Assembly (NCBI GenBank): GCA_964625015.1
Contig: CAZUZI010000003.1
Span: 854 to 46,565, forward strand
Direction of reading: 5' to 3'
Length of the DNA: 45,712 nt
From: an uncultured Candidatus Saccharibacteria bacterium
Lineage (GTDB): Bacteria > Patescibacteriota > Dojkabacteria > SC72
Position 1 is the first letter of the stretch; the number at the start of each line of letters is the position of its first letter. Shown here piece after piece: positions 8,351 to 15,648 of this stretch. The notes under the pieces are model-generated. The model made no database searches. It saw nothing but the letters and a program-made list of their open reading frames with translations, and was not told the DNA's origin. The position numbers and the translations under genes are program-made.

Positions 8351-11067
8351 TGGCAATAGATTACGGATGGCAAAATAGGACCTTAATTGGATACCACTCA
8401 AAAGATAGTGATACATTTGGCGTAGTACAAAAGGAATACCCAATACTTACTAAGGAATCAGACGCACTCTTTCTACTTACAAGAGATCAATTCTTTACAA
8501 TATCCACACCACAAATATCTAATGTATTAACAAACTACCTAAGATATCAGAAATTCTATGATAACCTCAGATTAGTAGCAAATATACTTCTAGTACCAGG
8601 GTTAATAATTGCATTTGGATATTTACTTCGTCAATTCGGTATATTTGATAGCGTAACCATAGTGAAAGATTTCCTTTCTAGCGGAATATCTGACACTCTC
8701 TTTGGTATCTCCCTCTTTAGTGTCTTCATACTTTGGCATGATTACTACAAAGACAAAAGTCACCCAGTACGACTCCCTAAAGCAGAAGCTATTCCATTGA
8801 ATGAACTTGAAGAGATAAAGGCAACTGGTTTCAAATTTGGAAGATATGCACACTTAGAAGCAATAAATTACATAAATGATCTCTCCTTAGAAGCAATCTG
8901 TAGGAATACATCAAATGATAGGGTAAATATACTAACCCTCTTCTCCGAATTAATACAGTATGCTGTCTCACTTGAGATATTTAAGAGGGCAAATATTACT
9001 ATAACGGAAGAGAATCTTGATGAGAGTGGAGTACATAGTGAGACACTACCATCGTACCCATCCACATCCATTAGAAGTTTAATCATATATGCATTAAATG
9101 AAGCACTTCTCACATCATCAAGAGAAATTAGACCAGAACATCTCTTCTTAGCACTTTTTAATGTATTCCCATCTCTTAAAAAATATCTTCTTACTCAGAA
9201 CTCTTCCATAGATATATTAAGAGAAGTAGTAAGATATCAAACATATGAGTTAGAGAAAAAACAGAGCACAAACTATTTCAACCCGAATGTTTCATATTAC
9301 AGAAAAGGAGGAATAGCAGAGAGTTGGATATACGGATATACATTCATATTAAACAAGTTCAGTAAGAATATTAATGAATATATTGCTGGAAATGATGATA
9401 TCTTTGGGATAGGGCATGAGACAGAGATAGAGAATCTTGTCTCAGTCCTAGGAAAAATATCAAACAGGAACGCACTATTAATAGGGGAACCTGGTGTAGG
9501 TAAATCTAGCTTAATACTTGGTATTGCACAAAGGATAAACAGAGGAGATGTACCTGATCAATTAAAAGATAAGAGGATAATACAACTTGATATAAATGGA
9601 TTGATTGCATTCTCATCAAGAGAGAAAAGTGTAGAAGAATTAATTGCAAAAGCAATGAAAGAATTAGAAAACGCAGGAGATACAATCCTGTATATTGATG
9701 AAATGCAAGAACTTATACCCGCAAAGGCCCAAGACTCTGGTCACTCTCTAGCAGGTATACTATTACCATATATACTCAGTAGTAAATTCCCAATAATTGG
9801 TACAGTTAATCATGCTGATTACAAGAAATACTTTTACAGTTCTGAATCTCTAAGACAATCATTTACAAATATAGAAGTAAGTGAGATATCTGCGGATGAT
9901 GCACTTCTCATACTTGAAACAAAGATATATCAGCTAGAAAAAACATTCGGTATATATACAACACTTCCATCATTGATAAGTTCTGTAGAGCTTGCACAGA
10001 GATATATAAAAGAAAAGAATCTGCCAAGTAGTGCAGTCCAATTACTTGAGAGTGCATGTTCATGGGCACAAAGTAGTGGTGTACAAATATTAACAGATGA
10101 ACATGTTGCAAAGGTTATGTCTAATCAGAAAGGTATTTCAATTGCAGGTGTGAATGCAGATGAGAGTACGAAACTAATGAAATTAGAAGAGAATATAAAG
10201 AACAGGGTAATTGGGCAAGATGATGCAGTGAAGGCTATTGTAGAGTCTCTAAGACGCGCACACACGGATATAAGGAACCCTAACAAGCCAATAGGTGTAT
10301 TCCTTTTCATGGGTCCAACCGGTGTAGGTAAAACATATTTAGCAAAGGTTGTTGCAGAGGAGTACTTTGGTGGACAGAGTGAAATGATTAGAGTTGATAT
10401 GTCTGAATATCAAGATATATCAAGTGTAGATAAACTTCTTGGAGAGACTACAAAAGGTAATATACTTGGACAAACTGCGATATCTTTAATAGATAGGATC
10501 AAACTAAATCCATATACCGTAGTCCTTTTTGATGAAATAGAAAAGGCTCATCCTCAAATACTTAATCTCTTCTTACAGATTTTTGACGAAGGGAGATTAA
10601 CAAGTAATCTCGGAGAAGTTGTAGATTTTACAAACAGTATAATCGTATGTACGAGTAACATTGGTAGTTCAATACTCCTTAATTCACTAAGTGACAAGAA
10701 CAGTACATGGGAAGAAGCAAAAGATAGGGCATTAATAGAGTTAAGACAATCAATTAAACCTGAGCTATTAAACAGATTTGATAAGACAATTGTATTCCAC
10801 CCTCATGATATAGATCATCTATCAAGTATTTCAGAAATACTTCTAAGGGAACTCTCAAGTAGATTAGGTGAAAAAAGTATTACACTTACATGGAATCAGT
10901 TAATACCACAGTTAATAGCTAATAAAGCTAATGAACCAGGATTAGGAGCAAGACCAATAAAGAGGTATATACAGGAAAATATTGAAGGTAATATAGCGAA
11001 AGAAATGGTCGAAGGTGGTATACAGCCTGGAGAGGAGATAGAAATCAAAGAGAGTTGGATAATCTAA
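8350..11067 (+). CDS. Membrane-anchored Clp/Hsp100-family double AAA+ ATPase (ClpB/ClpC-like)
   Basis: NBD1 has GEPGVGKSS and ILYIDEMQEL. NBD2 has GPTGVGKTYLAK, VVLFDEIEKAHP and ARPIKR. Clp-N-like repeats follow two N-terminal hydrophobic segments. Confidence 0.85.
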   Translation: MAIDYGWQNRTLIGYHSKDSDTFGVVQKEYPILTKESDALFLLTRDQFFTISTPQISNVLTNYLRYQKFYDNLRLVANILLVPGLIIAFGYLLRQFGIFDSVTIVKDFLSSGISDTLFGISLFSVFILWHDYYKDKSHPVRLPKAEAIPLNELEEIKATGFKFGRYAHLEAINYINDLSLEAICRNTSNDRVNILTLFSELIQYAVSLEIFKRANITITEENLDESGVHSETLPSYPSTSIRSLIIYALNEALLTSSREIRPEHLFLALFNVFPSLKKYLLTQNSSIDILREVVRYQTYELEKKQSTNYFNPNVSYYRKGGIAESWIYGYTFILNKFSKNINEYIAGNDDIFGIGHETEIENLVSVLGKISNRNALLIGEPGVGKSSLILGIAQRINRGDVPDQLKDKRIIQLDINGLIAFSSREKSVEELIAKAMKELENAGDTILYIDEMQELIPAKAQDSGHSLAGILLPYILSSKFPIIGTVNHADYKKYFYSSESLRQSFTNIEVSEISADDALLILETKIYQLEKTFGIYTTLPSLISSVELAQRYIKEKNLPSSAVQLLESACSWAQSSGVQILTDEHVAKVMSNQKGISIAGVNADESTKLMKLEENIKNRVIGQDDAVKAIVESLRRAHTDIRNPNKPIGVFLFMGPTGVGKTYLAKVVAEEYFGGQSEMIRVDMSEYQDISSVDKLLGETTKGNILGQTAISLIDRIKLNPYTVVLFDEIEKAHPQILNLFLQIFDEGRLTSNLGEVVDFTNSIIVCTSNIGSSILLNSLSDKNSTWEEAKDRALIELRQSIKPELLNRFDKTIVFHPHDIDHLSSISEILLRELSSRLGEKSITLTWNQLIPQLIANKANEPGLGARPIKRYIQENIEGNIAKEMVEGGIQPGEEIEIKESWII

Positions 11068-11086
11068 TAAAAGCTTTCCGAAGGGG

Positions 11087-11115
11087 TTGTAAATGAAGAG
11101 ATATTACAATATAAT
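11087..11115 (+). promoter_or_regulatory. Putative sigma70-type promoter (TTGTAA-17-TATAAT) upstream of rpmF
   Basis: Hexamers and the 17-nt spacer are read directly. The -10 element ends 30 nt before the rpmF ATG. Confidence 0.45.
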
Positions 11116-11145
11116 AGCTTTGTTATAAATATAGTTTAAGACAAC

Positions 11146-11328
11146 ATGGGTGCATTACCAAAAAGAAAGATATCAAGAGGTAGAAGAGATAGAAGAAGAG
11201 CAGCAGATGCTCTAAAGACTCCTGTAATATCAAAGTGTCCAAAATGTGGTAGGGTAAAGAGACCTCACTTTGTATGTGAGTTCTGTGGATATTATGGAGA
11301 TGGTAAAGATTTAAAGAAAAATAAATAA
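11146..11328 (+). CDS. rpmF: 50S ribosomal protein L32
   Basis: It has the N-terminal (A)LPKRK(I)SR.RRD.RR motif and the CxxC...CxxC zinc ribbon (CPKCG...CEFCG). Length is 60 aa. Confidence 0.93.
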   Translation: MGALPKRKISRGRRDRRRAADALKTPVISKCPKCGRVKRPHFVCEFCGYYGDGKDLKKNK

Positions 11329-11340
11329 ACAGCTTAAACG

Positions 11341-11781
11341 ATGAAGAAGGCAACTGACCCAAGGCATCTTTCAAGAGAATTAGCACTTCAAACACTCTTT
11401 TCTAAAGATTTTAATAGCAACAGAGAGGGTATAATTGATTTCGATATTGCTACTCTTTCCGCACTAGATGAAATAGATACACATAATACAGAACTGTATA
11501 CAGAAATTGTCAACGGTGTTAAAGAGAAAAGTACAGAGATTGACGAGATAATAGTAAAATTTGCACCTCAATGGCCAATTTCACAAATGAAACTTGTAGA
11601 TTTACAAATACTTCGTATGGCAATATTTGAGGGTTTTATCTCAAAGATAACACCACCTAAAGTTGCTATTGACGAAGCCATTGAAATAGCGAAGGAGTTT
11701 GGGGGAGAAACTAGTAGCAAATTTGTAAATGGTGTCTTAGGTGCAATATATGAAACAAAGAGGAACGAATATGAGCAGTAG
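11341..11781 (+). CDS. nusB: Transcription antitermination factor NusB
   Basis: RELALQTLF is at the N-terminus. Also present are VDLQILRMAIFE and AIDEAIEIAKEFGGETSSKFVNGVLG. Confidence 0.85.
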   Translation: MKKATDPRHLSRELALQTLFSKDFNSNREGIIDFDIATLSALDEIDTHNTELYTEIVNGVKEKSTEIDEIIVKFAPQWPISQMKLVDLQILRMAIFEGFISKITPPKVAIDEAIEIAKEFGGETSSKFVNGVLGAIYETKRNEYEQ

Positions 11782-12469
11782 TAATATCAACAAATTAGAA
11801 ACAAATATAGGTGTAGAATTTAATGATAAATCCCTATTAGAGAAAGCCTTAACTCACAGATCATATCTCAACGAACATAGAAATATACCTGAGAACAACG
11901 AAAGGTTAGAATTTCTTGGTGATGCAGTACTAGAACTAATTGTATCTGATTTTTTGTATACAACATATCCTGATAGACCAGAAGGAGACCTTACAAGTTT
12001 TAGGTCTGCATTAGTAAAAACAGATAGCTTAGCATCATCAGCGAGAGATTTAGGAATAGGCCAATATCTTCATATGTCCAGAGGAGAAGAAGATAGTGGC
12101 GGAAGAGAAAAGGATTACCTTTTAGCAAATACATTTGAAGCTATTCTCGGAGCTATATACTTAGATCATGGATATGATACTTGTAAAGATTTCGTATCTA
12201 AAACACTATTCCCAAAGATAGGAGAGATTGTAGAATACCGATTAGATATTGATAGTAAAACAAAGATGCAAGAGTTAGCACAATCTGTATTTAAACTTAC
12301 ACCGACATATGAAGTGGTTAAGGAGGAAGGACCAGACCATAACAAGATATTTACAGTTGTAGTAAAATTAGACGAGGAGATAGTAGGAGAGGGAGAGGGT
12401 GCAAGTAAACAGAAAGCAGAGGAGAAAGCAGCAAGTGAAGGTATAAAATATATTGAAAACAACAGATAA
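11771..12469 (+). CDS. rnc: Ribonuclease III
   Basis: It has ALTHRSY and the RNase III signature ERLEFLGDAVLEL, plus a C-terminal dsRBD (GPDHNKIFTV...G.GASKQKAEEKAA). AGGA lies 6 nt upstream of the ATG at 11771. The gene overlaps the nusB stop by 11 nt. Confidence 0.9.
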   Translation: MSSSNINKLETNIGVEFNDKSLLEKALTHRSYLNEHRNIPENNERLEFLGDAVLELIVSDFLYTTYPDRPEGDLTSFRSALVKTDSLASSARDLGIGQYLHMSRGEEDSGGREKDYLLANTFEAILGAIYLDHGYDTCKDFVSKTLFPKIGEIVEYRLDIDSKTKMQELAQSVFKLTPTYEVVKEEGPDHNKIFTVVVKLDEEIVGEGEGASKQKAEEKAASEGIKYIENNR

Positions 12470-12471
12470 GC

Positions 12472-12500
12472 TTGAATATTAATTTATCATCTGTTAAAAT
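12472..12500 (+). promoter_or_regulatory. Putative promoter (TTGAAT-17-TAAAAT) upstream of rpsP
   Basis: Hexamers are read directly. The -10 element ends only 9 nt before the ATG, which implies a very short or absent leader. Confidence 0.35.
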
Positions 12501-12509
12501 AACGACGCT

Positions 12510-12809
12510 ATGTTAAAAATCAGATTAAAAAGAATAGGAAAAACAGGACAACCATCTTACAGAATTGTTGTAATGGAGTCCTCTAATCCAAGAGATGGAA
12601 GAGCGGTAGAAGAGATTGGAACATACAATCCAAGAACTAAACCTTCAACTTTCGATATTAACAAAGAGGCTGCTCAGAAGTGGTTAAATAGTGGTGCACA
12701 GCCAACAGACACAGTAGCACAGTATTTTGTTAAGCTTGGTCTTCTCAAATCTTTAAAGAGAGGTTCTAAAAAACCTAGTACAACAAAGAAAACAGTAGAG
12801 GAGAAATAA
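12510..12809 (+). CDS. rpsP: 30S ribosomal protein S16
   Basis: MLKIRLKR.GK...P.YRIVV at the N-terminus and IG.YNP are diagnostic. Confidence 0.93.
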   Translation: MLKIRLKRIGKTGQPSYRIVVMESSNPRDGRAVEEIGTYNPRTKPSTFDINKEAAQKWLNSGAQPTDTVAQYFVKLGLLKSLKRGSKKPSTTKKTVEEK

Positions 12810-12827
12810 CTCATATTACTTCTGAAT

Positions 12828-12855
12828 AAGGCCTTTTAGAGGTCTTTTTCATTTT
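12828..12855 (+). terminator. Weak hairpin plus U-rich tail after rpsP
   Basis: AAGGCC (12828-12833) pairs with GGUCUU (12841-12846), with one G-U pair. TTTCATTTT follows. The stem is short. Confidence 0.3.
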
Positions 12856-12931
12856 ATATATACTTATGGTAAAATTCCTATCGTAGGAGTATAATTCGTT
12901 TATATATATATTAAATTATTTACCCTTAAAA

Positions 12932-13219
12932 ATGAAAGAGTTACTAGTACACATCATCAAGTCCATAGTAAATAATCCAGATGATGTTTCTGTAGAAGAG
13001 AGAGACAGCGTAGATTTCCCAGGATTAACAATACTTACAATTGATGTAAATGAGTCTGACAAAGGAGTAATAATAGGAAGAAAAGGAAGAACTATTAATT
13101 CAATAAGAGATATTGTAACAATTAGTGCGATAAGAAATAACAAGAGAGTAAGAGTCCTTCTTAAAGATGATAGAGGAGAGCATCATAGCGAAGAGGATAT
13201 GCTAAAAGATGAGATCTAA
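12932..13219 (+). CDS. KH-domain RNA-binding protein (YlqC/KhpA-like)
   Basis: It has the KH GxxG loop in the context GVIIGRKGRTINSIRDIV. It is small and sits next to rpsP, as this family usually does. Confidence 0.75.
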   Translation: MKELLVHIIKSIVNNPDDVSVEERDSVDFPGLTILTIDVNESDKGVIIGRKGRTINSIRDIVTISAIRNNKRVRVLLKDDRGEHHSEEDMLKDEI

Positions 13220-13921
13220 TTAAAGATTCTTGGCTTTTTCCTTAAAGATATTCAATATGTCCTGATAATCTGTATATGCCTTGAATGGTCTATATATATT
13301 TGTATCCCCAGCCCTATCAGCCATGTAGTACCCACTTACTATAAGAGATATACTCCACTTCCCAGTAGCTTGATGTACAACCTCAACATTTTGAATTCTC
13401 ATTATGTATGGAGAAACACTCTGCACTTCCTCTAAGAAGGATATAACATTTTCATAATCACCCATGTACGAAATTGGACCTGAGACTCCAGCTCCGCTAT
13501 TTTCAGACGGCAATAGTGTACCGCCCATATCTCCAGCGGACAACTCCCTTATTACCAACCCCTTTGCTCTCGCTAATGTATCAATATAGTAGATGAAATC
13601 AGATACTTTAAGGATCTTAGGTATAACACTTTTTGCCAGTACTACAGTATCATTTAGTTGATTCTCATCTAAAAGTGCAAGCTTATCATCTAAACCACTC
13701 AACTGTTCGATTTTGCTATCCGTTTCTTTAATTTCACTTTGATACCCTAATGCAGAGTTAATCATTGGTACAAAGACAGATATAGATAGAACTAATAGCA
13801 CAACTACTACAGCAATAGGGATTATAAGATCCCCAAAACTTAATCTTGTACTTCTTATCTTCTCATTTATTACTGCCAATTCTTTACTTGTTTTTTCATT
13901 TGTTCTACTTGCTAATGCCAT
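13220..13921 (-). CDS. PilO-like type IV pilus alignment protein
   Basis: It is the last gene after pilM and pilN. It is bitopic, with TM segment IIPIAVVVVLLVLSISVFVPMI, then a coiled-coil stretch and a globular domain. The call rests on topology and position only. Confidence 0.5.
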   Translation of the reverse strand: MALASRTNEKTSKELAVINEKIRSTRLSFGDLIIPIAVVVVLLVLSISVFVPMINSALGYQSEIKETDSKIEQLSGLDDKLALLDENQLNDTVVLAKSVIPKILKVSDFIYYIDTLARAKGLVIRELSAGDMGGTLLPSENSGAGVSGPISYMGDYENVISFLEEVQSVSPYIMRIQNVEVVHQATGKWSISLIVSGYYMADRAGDTNIYRPFKAYTDYQDILNIFKEKAKNL

Positions 13922-13923
13922 AT

Positions 13924-14583
13924 TTACTGATTAAAAAAATTTTTACCATTGAGTACACCCTCAAATGTGAAAGATACATTATTCTCCCCCTTACCAACAG
14001 ATTCTAAATTAATCTTGTTAATATTCGCATCCGTACCTAGAATATACCATAGCTTTGAAACCTGTTCTAAACTAGATGCATATCCAGAGTATGTAAATTC
14101 TAAATTTTCACTAATCATTACACCTCTCATTTCAATACTTCCCGCTTTAACACTAATACCACTTAAAAATTCAATAATTCTCTTATGAGAGAATGCTCCC
14201 TTTCTAACATTTGTATAAAGGACAGCTCTATCTACAATCTCTTCATTTGCAAGTAGGTTATCTATTTGCTGATTAATCTTGTTCTCTATTAATGCTAACT
14301 CTTTCTTCTTTGTATTTAATACCTGTTTAGAAATGATGTTAAAACCAACTACAGCGATAATAACCAAAACAAGAGCAATCAGACTTACAACAGAACCTAT
14401 GTTAACACCACTCTTTGCCTTCTCTACTACAATCTCTTCCTCCGACATCTCTGGCATAAGATTAAGACCTTCACTGATCTCTACATTCTCTTTTGTTTGG
14501 GGTTGAGTACTCGATACAACAGTTGAGTTCACTGTTTCCTTTGTAGCATCTTCTACTTTTTGTTGATTAATTCCATTATTCAT
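13924..14583 (-). CDS. PilN-like type IV pilus alignment protein
   Basis: It is bitopic (VVSLIALVLVIIAVVGFNII) with a coiled coil following. Its start overlaps the pilM stop by 8 nt. The call rests on topology and position. Confidence 0.5.
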   Translation of the reverse strand: MNNGINQQKVEDATKETVNSTVVSSTQPQTKENVEISEGLNLMPEMSEEEIVVEKAKSGVNIGSVVSLIALVLVIIAVVGFNIISKQVLNTKKKELALIENKINQQIDNLLANEEIVDRAVLYTNVRKGAFSHKRIIEFLSGISVKAGSIEMRGVMISENLEFTYSGYASSLEQVSKLWYILGTDANINKINLESVGKGENNVSFTFEGVLNGKNFFNQ

Positions 14584-15604
14584 CTTTTAATGCTAATCCT
14601 ATTGCAACTGAGTATGAAGGCCCACCCTTTGCAATAATATCTTTAAATCTTTCATTAATATTTATGCCAGCCCACGGGTTGGCAACGCTTGCCCTTACAC
14701 CAAGATATTTAGATACAAAGTCTCCCAGTCCTGGGAGTAGGGCACCATCACCATTTAACATATAGTCTACAGGAGATGCACTAGCAGTCTTATTTTTGTA
14801 GAACTCAACACCTCTTTGTACCTCTACAAGTATTGATTCTACAAGAGGGGATAGGGCTCCACTTATTTTACCTTCTAACACGTTTGGTACAACTCCATAG
14901 TTTCTCTTAAACTCTTCTGCTCGACTGTATTCAAAGCTAAATTTGTTAACTATTGCTTGTGTAAGAGAATCAGACCCTATTGCTATACTTTGTGAAAATA
15001 CCAAATATCCATCTGTCATAATACTCATATCTGTACTATTTGCTCCAAAATCAAGCATAACTAAATCCTTTATCTTTGTTGAACGATACATTGCCCTACC
15101 CATTGCAACTGATTCTGTCTCTATTGCAATAAGATCGAGATCTGCCAAATTAGCGATCTCCTGATATATAGATATAATTTTCTTAGGTGCGGCAACAAGT
15201 AATACCCTATATGCATTTTTTTCTTCATTGAACCCTATGATAACAAAACTCATATGTACATCATTTACAGACATTGGTATGTATTGTTTAGCTTCAAAGA
15301 AAACAGCATCTCTAAGCTCTTCTTTCTTAACTCCAGGAAATTCTAAAAATCTTGTAAATACAGAAAACTCTGGAAGTGCCATAACTACATTCCTATTCTT
15401 TATCTTTGAATCGTCGTATAGCTTCTTAAGTACATCTGCCAATTTCTTTTGATCGGCCTTTTCTTCACTGTTGATAACACCTTTTGGAGTAATATGACTA
15501 CCAAGATTGACAAGCTCAGGAGTACCTGTGATATTCTTCAGTTCTACAGCTTTAACGGAATGTGTTCCAAAATCTATTCCGACATGATCCGGCAGTTTAG
15601 CCAT
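14576..15604 (-). CDS. pilM: Type IV pilus assembly protein PilM (actin-like ATPase fold)
   Basis: It has the N-terminal GIDFGTHSVKAVEL phosphate-1 motif and LDFGANSTDM. Its size and position ahead of pilN/O fit the family. Confidence 0.85.
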   Translation of the reverse strand: MAKLPDHVGIDFGTHSVKAVELKNITGTPELVNLGSHITPKGVINSEEKADQKKLADVLKKLYDDSKIKNRNVVMALPEFSVFTRFLEFPGVKKEELRDAVFFEAKQYIPMSVNDVHMSFVIIGFNEEKNAYRVLLVAAPKKIISIYQEIANLADLDLIAIETESVAMGRAMYRSTKIKDLVMLDFGANSTDMSIMTDGYLVFSQSIAIGSDSLTQAIVNKFSFEYSRAEEFKRNYGVVPNVLEGKISGALSPLVESILVEVQRGVEFYKNKTASASPVDYMLNGDGALLPGLGDFVSKYLGVRASVANPWAGININERFKDIIAKGGPSYSVAIGLALKDE

Positions 15605-15648
15605 ATCTTTTGGCAGTTTAAATTATGACTAATATTATAATAGCAAAT

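Noticed and set aside
11123-11395. A 90-aa minus-strand ORF overlaps rpmF and the nusB start.
   Set aside because: It is antisense to two confidently identified conserved genes and has no motif or start context.
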